Positions 14,204 to 25,441 of a DNA stretch of 64,000 nucleotides are shown one piece after another (the first letter of the stretch is position 1; each line of letters begins with the position of its first letter). The notes under the pieces are model-generated. The model was not told where the DNA came from and ran no database searches. It saw only the letters and a program-made list of their open reading frames with translations. The position numbers were made by a program, and so were the translations under genes. The DNA comes from Camelus ferus (lineage: Eukaryota): the NCBI RefSeq assembly GCF_009834535.1, contig NC_045696.1, forward strand, positions 77,192,001-77,256,000, given 5' to 3'.

Positions 14204-16186
14204 AAAGTGCAGATACCAAACTCTTTATAGCTGGCAGAGTTTTCACAAACTGTGTACCCCTGTATAGGTAGGTCCTAGATAAAGAAACAGAACATTACTG
14301 TCCCCCCAGAGTGACCTTTTCCCCATCCTCCTTGTCCCTTACAGCCACTTTCTGACTTGCCCAAACATTATCACCACTTTGGCTTCTGACAGCATAGATT
14401 GGTATTATTTATTTTTATGTTATATATAAACAAAATTATATAATATGGATTCTTTTATGCCTAGCCTCTTTATCTGAATATTATGTGTGTGAGACTCCTT
14501 CTCTCTGTTGCGTGTCATTATAGATCGCTCACTCTCATTGCTTTCAAGTATTCCATCGAGCAAATATACAGTTTATTTTATCCATTCTACTCTTGATGGA
14601 TATTTGAGTAGTTTGGGGCATTTTAATTTGTGCTGCTATAAACATTCTAGTGTCTGTCTTTAAGAAAACATATGTATGCACTTCTGTTGGTTATATGCCT
14701 TTACGTAGAATTGTCACGTCATAGCTCACTCCTGTGTTCAGCTTTAGTAGGTAACTCCAAACATTTCTCTGAAGATATTGTTGCAGTTGATATAGTCTGC
14801 AAGTGTCATATGAGGACTGTGGTTGTTCCAAAGCTTTCTAAGAGAATTTTATCTTTTTTTTTTTTTTTGTCCTCTTCATTTTAGTCACTTCAGCATGTAC
14901 TTGGTGGTGGCTAAGGTTTGAATTTGCATTTGCTTGATGGCAATAAGCAAAAAGGGAGCACTTTCAACATATTTACTCGTCATTTGGATGTCTGTGTGAG
15001 TATTTGCCGTTTCTCATTTGCACCTTGTGTGTATTTTTCTTTGCATATTCTGGATAAAAGTCTTTTGTATAGACAAATACTTTCTCCCATTTTGTGACTT
15101 GCCTTTCTACACTCTTAATCATCTCAGTTTAAAAGAAGTTCTGAATTTTAATATAGTTTAATGTATCATTTTTTAATGACTAGAACATTTTATGTCTTAA
15201 GAAAGGTTTGCCTATTTCTTGATTATGAAGATGTTCTCTCCTAAGATTTCCTATCAAAGTTTTATTTTTTTTTTAATAGTATCATGTGAGTATAAAGATA
15301 TTTTTTTCCAGGTAGCTATCCAAGTGACCCAGTACCTTTTGTTGAAAACACTATGCTTTCTTCCTTTGAACTTCAACTTCCCCTTGCATTTCTGGACTCT
15401 GTTCTGTTGCCTGGATAGTTTCTCTGTTCACATACAAATAGCATAGTCTTAATTACTTAAGCTTTATGATAGATCTTGATATCAGATAGTCCTCTAGCTT
15501 TATTCTTTTAATTAAAGATGTTTTGACCATTCTTGACCTTAGCATATTCATATAAATTTTAAATTTGTCTAGTAAATTTCTGAAAAAACACTGGGGAATA
15601 ATTTTTTTAAATTTTAATTGCCCTGTTTATACAGATTGATTTAAAGAAATTGATATCTTTATGTTATTGAGTTTCACAAATTATGAACTTGATCTGTCTT
15701 TTCATGTATTTAATTTTTAAATCTTAATCTTGTTTCAGTTGCTCATTTTTGGTAGCTTTCTTTCTGAGTATTTGCTTTTTAAAAATATTATTGTAAACTA
15801 TTTTAAAAATTTACAGTTTCTTTCTGTTGCTGGTATATAAAATCAGAATTGATTTTTATATATTGTATTCATATCCAACTACCTTGATAAGTTCATTTAA
15901 TTATTTCATTACTTCACCTGGAAATTATTTTAGACTTTTAAAATCGTATTTTCTGTAACAATTCTTTAACTTCTTTCCCCTTTGCCTCATTGAATGGACT
16001 AGTTCACCCAGTACAGTTTTTAATAGAAATTTTCTTGGTTCTAATCTCCAGAGAAAGTATTCAAGTTTTACTGTTGATTATGAGGTTTGCTGTTGGCTTT
16101 TTTTTCCAAATAGAAATTCTTTATCAGGTTAAGAGAGTTTTCTTCTATTCCTACTTTCCTAACATGACTTTTTAAAGCCATTAGTG

Positions 16187-16756
16187 TGATATGGAGCACA
16201 AGTTCATGTTTCTGATGAATAGTAAGGCCAAACAAACCAAAATGTTGAAGTTTGGAACAAAGAGAGATTTATTGCAGAGCCAAACAAGGAGAACAGGTGA
16301 CTCATGCTCTAATACTCCAAACACCCCAATGGTTTTTGGGGAGAGGTTTTTATAGACAAAATTTGGGGTGAGAGCTACAGGGTGTGTTACTTCCTTCTGA
16401 TTGGTTGGTGGAAAGGTAACAGGGCGGTCCTCCAGGAATCTTGTGCTCAGCCTGAATTTGCCATCCTCCATCTGGGTGGGGGCCTTAGTTCCTGCAGAGG
16501 AACTCAAAGGTATTGCTATGTATATTCCTCAAGGAGGAACCAGGACCCTGCCCCATTGCTGCACTATTGTTTCTTGACTTCTCCTCCTTTGTTTCTGCAT
16601 TCCATCACTTCCCTGATTAGCTACTGATTGAATCTGCCCTTTAGAACTCTAGGAAGGTCTAGGAGGCTGAATGAAGCCTGCTTTGTACAAGCAAGTAATG
16701 GGGACACTGAAAGGATTTGTACCCAGGAGGGCCCCACAGGGTCCTGCTTGGTTTCA
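16187..16756 (-). mobile_element. ERV1-type solo LTR, family C copy 1
   Basis: TG...CA termini; near-perfect TSD AGTG/AATG. The minus strand carries CCAAT (16400-16404), TATAAAAA (16347-16354) and AATAAA (16268-16273). Reverse-complement homologue of 22426-23034. Confidence 0.9.
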
Positions 16757-17241
16757 AATGGATATTGGATTTTGTCAATTTTTTTGTATTCAGTAGGATA
16801 ATCTCCAACTTTTCTCATAATTGTGTTGATGTTGTGAAATACAATAATTAGCTTTAAAATGTTAAAATAATAGGTTATACCTATAATAAATCCAACTTGG
16901 TTAAAATGTGTTATCCTTTCTGTGTCACTGGATTCAATTTGCTAATACAGTGTAAATAATTTTTGCATCTATGTTAATGATAGTTATTGGTCTGTAATTT
17001 ACCTTTCCCATGATATCATTGTCAGGATCTTAAAAATGCTAGGAATTCATTTGATATTTTTCTACTCCCTGGAAGAGTTTGCATAGTTTTTGGGATATTT
17101 ATGGCTTATCTAAGTAAACCAAATTAAAGGTTCAACACTAGGACCACGTCTGAGCATCAGGAACTCTGGGGGAAGTATACTGTTTGAGTGGACAGTCTTC
17201 TCCATAGAGATTATGATGGTGGGAGGAGGGACAACTAGAAA

Positions 17242-17817
17242 TGAAGGAGGATTAATAAAATGGCCACACTTAGGCTAGCAGATTGCTTATTCTTATGCTT
17301 GCCCTTAAAACGGTCAACTGACCTGACTGACCAGTTGCTACTCACAGTTCCAAGCCCACTGTTAAAACTAAAACTATTGATCTTACTGTTTCTACTTTAT
17401 TCCAGTAATTGAAAGTAATAATCATGCTTGGTCTCTGAGCTGACCTCCAGGGAGAAGGTCACAGGACTTTATCCTTACAAAATAGCCTGAATTACCAAGA
17501 AGACCACACCTTGGGTGCTTATAAGATAAAGAGATGGAAAGAGTGACTACCGATAGCCTCTATAGAATTGATCGCCTGGCGGCATCATGACATCATTCTA
17601 AGTCTTCTGATGAGAAAATGATTCTGTTGATTGTTATGGATGTTTTATCATTTGAGCTATGGCTATATAACCACCCCACCCCATCCCCAAGGTGTGTTCA
17701 CAGTTTTGAACAGACTAGCCTGCTGTGAATCCCCTTTGCCTCTTTTCTTCTAAGCTCCAAGACCGTGTCTCTGGGTTATTTGGCTTGTCAGGGATGGGGG
17801 CCAATCTTTTGGCAACA
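17242..17817 (+). mobile_element. ERV1-type solo LTR, family A copy 2 (uninterrupted, 576 bp)
   Basis: tgaagg...gcaaca termini; perfect TSD GAAA (17238-17241 and 17818-17821); TATATAA at 17664-17670. Confidence 0.92.
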
Positions 17818-18029
17818 GAAAGAGGAAATTGCTAAGAAGTTAGTGCTTTCATTTGAATTTTAAGGCAATTTTTTAATAGTAAATAGTCATAGAGATGATT
17901 TCAAAAGAATCTTTACAGGGTTCTACAGGAAGGCTTTGGAACCTGTATCTTGGTTTCAAGAACAAGGAAACAAAAATACTAACTGCAGTTTTGGAATTTA
18001 TATCTACCAGTTGCTCTGCTTTGAAAATA

Positions 18030-18200
18030 TTACTAAGTGTTTGGACTTTTGTAAGTTACTTAAGTTCCCTGTCCTTCAGTTTTCTCATTTGAAAAATGTG
18101 GACAATAGCAGTACATTTCTCATAGTAATGCTGTGAGATTAGATGAATTAATTCATGTAAATAAGTGTGTGCTTGGCATACACACTGTGCTCAATATATA
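18030..18200 (+). mobile_element. MIR SINE
   Basis: Core motif aagttacttaagttccctgtccttcagttttctcatttgaaaaatg...gtgagattagatga. Confidence 0.75.
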
Positions 18201-19481
18201 GTATAAATCTTTTTTTTTTTTGTATTAGCTGTTTTTATGAAGTCATACATTCCTCAAGGGTAAAAATGTATGTTTTATAATTTTTATTTCTATCAGTCCA
18301 TTAAATATTTTGTACCTAATCATTGCTAAGTAATAATGAAAATGAATAAGTGAAATGTGTGTATGGGAGATTCTGCATTAAAAAACTGAGTTCTCATCAG
18401 TATTAATTACAGAAAAGAAATAAACGAAAGACCAGTAAATCCTTTTCCCATTTGCAGACTATACTATCTGACTCAGGTCAAATAAGGATTCTGCCTCGTT
18501 GTATGATGCTATCTCTTTAAACCTTCTGATTCTTATTTTCCTCTTCAGAAACGTGAGACAATGGTTGTATTAATCAAGAAGTTTTATTATGAAAAATTTG
18601 ATGTAGTGGATTGGAAATTAATACTTAAGCTAACAAATACTATGCTATTGTGGCTCCTTTAATTTGCTTTTATAAGTCCCAAGGTGTAAAAGGGACCCAA
18701 AAGATAATAATTTGTTGTAAATTACTTGTTTTTATCTTTCTGTGTGTTGTGTCAACAAATGGGCAAAATAACTCAGAACAATCAGAAATGCTTGTCCCTT
18801 GAGGATTTGTATCTGGCTGGATGGTGGAGACAGCATAAAAGTTGAAATTTCTTTTCTTTTTTTTTAAAAGACAAACTTTAAAGACATTTTTCCCTGTTCC
18901 TTATATGTGATCTGACCATGACATCCTTAATCCGAATCTTACACTGGTTTGTATTAGACAGAATTCAATAATAGATGTATGGATGTTTAAATCTGTATTT
19001 CTCACATTAGCAATTGTAATTGCTGCCTTTCAGTTCTAGAAAAAGCAAATAGTTTTTCAATAGTGAAGCTCAGGGAACAATGAAGAAAAGCTTCTCATCA
19101 TAAAATAGTTTTTTTATTATGTCATCCAAAAAAAGGTTATGCTTAGGAAAATAGATATTAACTTTAGTAACAATAGGAGTTATCTATAAAACAATAGGGA
19201 GCACTTGAACAATCAAAGTACGAATATATTTATGTTACCATATATTAAATGAGAGAAAAACTATGTTTTACTGGACTTCAACTTCTCTTCATACAAACAT
19301 ATTCTATAAAAATATGACATTCTGCTATTCAAGGACAGATTATGTGTGACCTGGGAACAGTTAACATTTTTCTCTGGGAACAACTTTTTCTGTATAAGAG
19401 TTGCATAAATCCATCTATCCAGGAAATAGCTATTGTGTTTCCTCTTTGGTTTTTCATTTTATGAGCTATGCTGGCTGACAG

Positions 19482-20135
19482 TGATACGGGAAAAATGTGG
19501 GGCAAGAGATGGCCATATCCCAGGTTTCTGTTGAGCCCCTGGAATGTGCCCTGCCAAGTAAGGGTCCTTGGCTTCATGCAGGAAAGAATTCAAGAGCAAG
19601 CCACAGTTGAGTAAAGGTAAGATTTATTCAGAGAGAGACATACTCCATAGACAGAGTGCAGGCTGTTTCAGAAGGCAGGAGAAAGGCCATGAGGCATGGG
19701 GGTGGGTGCTCAATTTAAAGTAAAAGCAGATACACACTCCATGGACAGAGTTCAGGCTGTCTTACTCAGAAGGGAGACTGGCCATGAGGTATGGGGGCTG
19801 TTAGTTTTTATGGGCTTGGTAACTTCATATGCTAACAAGTGGGAGGAGTATTCTACTTTTGGGGAAGGGGTGGGGATTCCCAGGAATTGGACCACTGCCC
19901 AATTTTTGACATTTTATGGCCAGCCTCTGAACTGTTATGGCATCTGTGGGCGTGTCATTTATCATGCTAAAAAATTACAATGAGCGTATAAGGAAGCACA
20001 AGGTCTACTGAAAGTCGAATCTCCCTCCATCTTGGGCCTCAAGGCCTGTTGGGAGTTGATTCTTCCCCCACCTTGGTGTTAATTGCTGTGTCATTTTTTG
20101 AATGACTGTGCCCTGCCGCCTTCCTTCCTGTCTCA
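19482..20135 (-). mobile_element. ERV1-type solo LTR, family D
   Basis: tgatac...tctca termini; TSD ACAG/ATAG (1 mismatch); AATAAA on the minus strand (tttatt at 19623-19628); internal duplication. Confidence 0.88.
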
Positions 20136-21049
20136 ATAGAGCTGCACACTGTGTTTTACTTCTTTAAGCAAATGTTTACCCATTTATTTCAAAACTTTCT
20201 GAAAAATGAACAAATTTAATCAGGTGGGCATTTCATTTAAATGCACCAATACTGACAGTAGGGAAAAAACAGCAATTTTCCCTGAGGTGGCATGCTCCTC
20301 TTGGTGACTATAGGTGCTGCTGTTTGGTAAATGAAAAGGAATGCATAGACTCCATTCTGGTATTTGCTGAATTTCTTTTGTTTGAAAAGCGGAAATCCAC
20401 AAAATTCATTTCATGATAGAAAGTGTAAACAAAAAGTTAATCAGTCGATCTAAGAAAGAAATGGAGCCAAACTGAGGATTATAACCTGGGAACAGCCCCT
20501 CAGAAAGCTGTGAGAACTGTTTTGTCCCTTGGAAGTCAAAACACAGTTCTGTAAGTTTTTTGAGACAGAGGGCTGTACATTAGATGACAGTTTACACAAC
20601 CCAGATCTGTAAGTACAGAGTAATAGGTCACTGTGACGCCCCCTTAACAAGATCAAGAAGAAATGCTGTCTTTAAGGAGTTGTCCTGTTGATGCCAGGAG
20701 AATGCTGCTCTTTACTGTTGAGCAGGTGTTTCTGCCGATGGAGAAGCTTTTGTCCAAGCATAATGCAGACACACAGTGCACAGCTGAGGGGAGAGAGGTG
20801 GCCACGGGTCAGAGAATTTTTTTTCTGTTTAAATTTTTCTTGTCTTGCCATAAGATGTAAATTTTATTCCACAAAAATAAACTGCCTCTGTCTTGTATGT
20901 AAATTAAGTTTAAATATCTTTTCTTTTTGAAAGTCATTAGCTTGTACTGTGTTTTCGGTACAGATAGAACTTTAACACATAAGGAGTCAAATGAAGTCTT
21001 GCTAAGTTATAATTTTTGAAAGAAAAATGCTGTATATATAGATGGATAG

Positions 21050-21545
21050 TGTTGACTAGGAAACGCACAGCCTAAAAGTTGAGAGTAATGTTTTACTTAG
21101 CGGACACTTCTGAGCACTCAAACCCCTTCCAGCCTGGGATGACAGCCTCTCAGATCACTCTAAGGGACTGCTCTGAAAAGGTAGGGGAGGAGCCAGGATT
21201 TATAGGATCTTTACAACAAAGACAAGGTAGTTGGAACATTAAAAGATTATTTGTTAACTGAAGAAAGTCAGGCATCTCATGTTAAAGAGTTTAGCGTTTT
21301 TCTATGTATGGGAGGGAGCAAACAGTTGGGCTCATTGAATTCATTCCTTTGACAAGCACTTAGCTATCTAGGGCCAGTATCCTGTCCTTTCTTTTTCTGA
21401 GTCCCCTCAGGGTGCACCATTGTGAGTGGCTGCAGAGGCTGCGCTGCAGGCCGGTCTTCACTGGGGGGTGGCGGGCCGGTGCTGATGACTTGATGGCTTC
21501 AGCGTTCTTTGTTACTGATACGGTTTGCAGTATTTTTTGCTCATA
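21050..21545 (-). mobile_element. ERV1-type solo LTR, family B copy 2
   Basis: tgttgac...tcata termini; perfect TSD ATAG (21046-21049 and 21546-21549); collinear with 13369-13833. Confidence 0.92.
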
Positions 21546-22039
21546 ATAGCAACAAACCTGGTGATGAAACAAAACTCCATCAGAAAATCAGAAATTCAAA
21601 AATGATAGCAGTGTAATCAGAGACTTCAGATTCTAGAAAATTCAAATTTCTTTATTCTACTAGTTGTAATAGTATCTATGATGGTCACATTCTATGAGGC
21701 ATGTCATTTTTTCTCATCAGTTTTTCTTTATCTAGAATAGTTCCTGGTGCCTAATAGGTGCTCAATCCACACTTATGGAATAAATTTTAAACAATCTTAT
21801 TGAAAAAAATTAAATGAAATGGAAGTCTTTAAACCTATTTTCCTATGAAGGAAAACAATATTCAGTGTGGCTACCTTATACTGTGTTTGGCTCCCTAAGT
21901 GCTTTGTGACTTTTCCCATTTCTTTAAGAATCTCACTTCTGTACTTGAAAACTGCACATCAGTTTCAAACATATAACCAGCCATCTGTTATCATATTTGA
22001 AACCTATCAAAACAAAATATTCCTTAAGATTATTGCTTC

Positions 22040-25000
22040 AGTTTTTTTAATTAAACTTTTATTTTAAATGTATTTTCACATGCAGTTGTAAAATAAAAAC
22101 AAAAAATAACTCGAAGAATTCCTTTGTATACTTTACCTAGTTTTGCCCTAAGGCAACATCTTGTAAAACTCTAGTACAATATCACAGCCAGAGTTTTGGC
22201 ATCAGTAGGGTCCAGACACAGAAAGTTTCCATCACCGCAGAGATCCCGCTTGTTGCCTTTTATCACCATACCCACTTCACTCTCACCGTCACCCTGCTTT
22301 TGATCCCCTGCCAGCCACTAATCTATTCTCCATTTTTATGATTTTATCTTTTCAAACAGTTTTATTAATGCAATCTTATAGTATATAACAGCTATATATA
22401 TATTTTCACTTAGCATGATTCCCTGTGAAACCACGCAGGACCCTTTGGGGCCCTCCTGGGTACAAAAGCCTTTCTATGTTCACCCCCCTCCACCACCAGG
22501 TTTCTTGTTTGTGGAAAAAAGACTTTAGCTTCCTAGCCCTTCCCTGAGTTCTAAAGGGCTAGTTACTGATAGTTCTAAATAGTCACTAATTAGGGAAGGT
22601 AGGGAATGCAGGAAAAAAGGAAGAACAGTCAAGAAACAATAGTACAGCAATAGAGCATCTTGTTCTTCCTCAAGGGATATGCGTAACAACACATCTTTGA
22701 GTTCTTCCATGGAAACTAAGCCTCCCATCGCTGCCCACCCCACCCCCCAGGTGGAGGATGGCAACTTCAGGCTGAGCACGAGATTCCTGGAGCACTGCCC
22801 TGTTACCTCTCCACCAACCAATCAGAAGAAGTCACACACCCTACAGCTCCTACCCCAAATTTTACTTTTAAAAACTCTTCCCTCAAAACCATCAGAAAGT
22901 TCGAGTTCTTTGAGCACGAGCCACCCGTTCTCCTTGTGTGGCCCTTTCCATAAACCTCTCTCTGCTTCACACTCTGATGTTTTGGTTTGTTTGGCCTCAC
23001 TGTGCATCAGGCACCTGAGTTTGGGTTTAACACACCTGGAGATTTGCCAGGTTGTTGTTTGTATTGATAGTTCATTCCTTTTTATAGCTGAGTAATTTTT
23101 CATAGTATGGCTGCATCAGTTTGTTTAACCATATACCCAGTGAAGGACATCTGGCTTGTTTCTAGTTTTTGACTATTACAAATAAGGCTACTATAAAGTT
23201 CATGTACAGGCTTTCTATATGAACATTAGTTTTTATTTCTCTAGGATAAATACCTAGGAGTGCAATGGTTGTATGGTGATAGCATGTTTAGGTTTTTAAG
23301 CAATTGCTATTTTCCAGAGTGGTTGTACCAATTTATATTCCCAGCAGAAAGTAGGAGTGATCAAGTTGCTCTGTACTTATGTCAGCATTTAGCATTGTCA
23401 GTATTTTTATTTTAGCCATTTGATAAGTGTGTAGTGATATCCCATTGGAAATTTAATTAGTACTTCCCTAGTGGCTAGTTATGTTAAACATCTTTTCATG
23501 TGCTTTCTTGCCATCTGCATATCCTCTTTTGTGAAATATCTATTCATGTATTCCTAACTGGATTTTTCTAACTGAATTGTGTGTACCTTACTACTGAGTT
23601 TTGAAAGTGTATAATCTATTCTAAATTTTAGTCTTTTGTGAGATATGTGCTTTGCAGACAGTCTCCCCAGTCTGTAAGTTTCTCTTTTCCTCCTCTTAAC
23701 AGTCTTACACAGAACAAGATTTCTAAATGTTGTTGAATTCCAATTTATCAGTTTTCCCTTTTATGGATTGTGTTTTTAGTGTCAAGTCTAGGAACTCTTT
23801 GTCTATCCCTAGATCCCAAAGATTTTCTCCTGTATTTTTCCTAAAAGCCTTATGTTTTGCATTTATGTTTGTGATTCATTTTTGGTTCATTTTTATATAG
23901 ATTTGAGACTTGGATTGAGTTTAATTTGGGGTGGGCGTATGGATGTCCAATTGCTCCAGTACCATTTGTTGAAAAAGCCTTTTTTCCTCCACTGAATAGC
24001 CTTTGTATGTTCATTATAAAATAGTTCAGTATATTTGCATGGGTCTAAAGTCTACATTATTAGACATTAATATAGTCATTCCTTCTATCTTTGATTAATG
24101 TTTACATGTTGTATTTGTTTCCATCCTTTACTAAATTGTTATATTCAAAGTGAGTTTCCTACAGACAATAGGTAGCTGGTTCACATTTATTAATGCACTA
24201 TACCAATTTCTGTGTTTTATTTGGTATATTTAGACAATTTACATTTAATGGAATTACTGATATATTAAGCATATAGTTTGCCGTTCTTGTTTTTTGTTTT
24301 TATTTTTGTATTTATTGTTCTCTATTTGCTCACTGTTTTTTCTTTGTTTGTTTTCTATCTCCTGTGGCTTAGTTGAATAAATTTTTAGAATTCCATTTTT
24401 ATCTCTTTAGTGTTTTTGAGTATATCTCTATTTTAAATGGTTTAGATGTTTCACTATATATATCCAGAACATTATCAAAGGCTAATGTTGATGTAATTTT
24501 ACCAAATATAGCAAAGTGCATAAACCTTACCTCCATTTATATCCTTTTATTTTCCCTATTGAGAATATAATTTCTACATCTAGAATCAAATCAGTGTTAC
24601 AATTTTTGCTTTGATCATCAAATACTATTTCGAACACTCAAGATGAGAAGGATTGTCTGTTGCATCTACTCACATTTTTGCTTTCCATGTCCTTTCTTCC
24701 TTCTTATGTTCTAAGTCTCCTTCTTTTATTCTTTCCTTTCTATTTATAGAACTTCCTTTAGCCATTTATTTCTATAAGGTAGAAATGGCAACACATTCTA
24801 TTAGTGTTCCTTCAGTTGAAAGTGTCTTGGTTCCTTTCTTCATTCCTGAAGGATATTGTTACTGGATATAGGATGCTTGGTTGGCAGTTCTCTTCTTTCA
24901 GCATTTAAAACATTTTATACCCCTTCCTTCCGATCTCAGTAGTTTACAGTGAGAAATCTGCTATAATTTGAATTGTCATTTTCCCCTATAGTAAAGATAA

Positions 25001-25361
25001 AATTTCTGGCTGCTTTCAAGATTTCTTCTCATTTTTCAGTTTTCAAGTGTTTATTATGTATATTAGTATGCATTTCTTTGAGGGCAGAGTTTTGATTGAG
25101 CTTTTTTTCTTCTTTTTATATCTATTGGCATTTTGGGGTTACCAGTTTTTTTCAGCTTTAAGTTTGGGATATAGGAGACAAAAAGAAAACCCATGGAAAC
25201 TTTGTTTCTTAGGTCCCATGATCCTTATCTGGCTTGCTTTCTTCAACTTCTCTTTCAGGATATTCTATGTCTGTTTTTTTTATATAATGTCTATGCTTTT
25301 TAATAGTACATAGTAAGAGGAATAAAAAGAAAAACATCCACTACTCCATTTTTCTGAAAGT
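22040..25361 (-). mobile_element. LINE-1 (L1MC-type) with both ends retained and large internal deletions; interrupted by LTR C2
   Basis: Antisense L1MC 3' end (aacatcttgtaaaactctagtacaatatcacagccag). ORF2 C-terminal remnant runs to ~24045, followed by endonuclease/ORF1 remnants. 25165-25360 is the reverse complement of the L1 5' end at ~4928-5125. Confidence 0.85.
22426..23034 (+). mobile_element. ERV1-type solo LTR, family C copy 2
   Basis: tgaaacc...caca termini; perfect TSD CCTG (22422-22425 and 23035-23038); CCAAT box accaatcag; poly(A) signal reads CATAAA. Confidence 0.92.
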
Positions 25362-25441
25362 ATGTTTATCTATTTACAAGCATGAAAGTTGTAGAAAGTC
25401 AACTGAAGAAAGGTTTGTTTTATAAGATTTAAAGATGTTTT

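Larger units (their letters stand above)
13150..17095 (-). mobile_element. Ancient LINE-1 (L1ME/L1MB-like) 3' UTR and ORF2 remnant, interrupted by three LTRs
   Basis: Sequence rejoins across the LTR at 13188-14203 (tatatgcaaaag|tgcagatac...ttttcacaaac). Antisense L1 motifs tttatccattctactcttgatggatatttgagtagttt and ctggattcaatttgctaata...ttttgcatctatgttaatga. Confidence 0.85.

Noticed and set aside
13369..21545. LTR B1 and B2 as the two ends of one ~8-kb provirus
   Set aside because: B2 has its own TSD on both sides, B1 is nested in LTR A1, and the intervening DNA is L1, MIR and other LTRs with no gag, pol or env.
16181..23095. Similar peptides in ORFs 16181-16507 (-) and 22679-23095 (+), e.g. 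EDGxFRLSTRFLE...PPTNQK, suggesting a paralogous gene pair
   Set aside because: Both are translations of the same LTR family (C1 and C2); the frames diverge outside the shared block.
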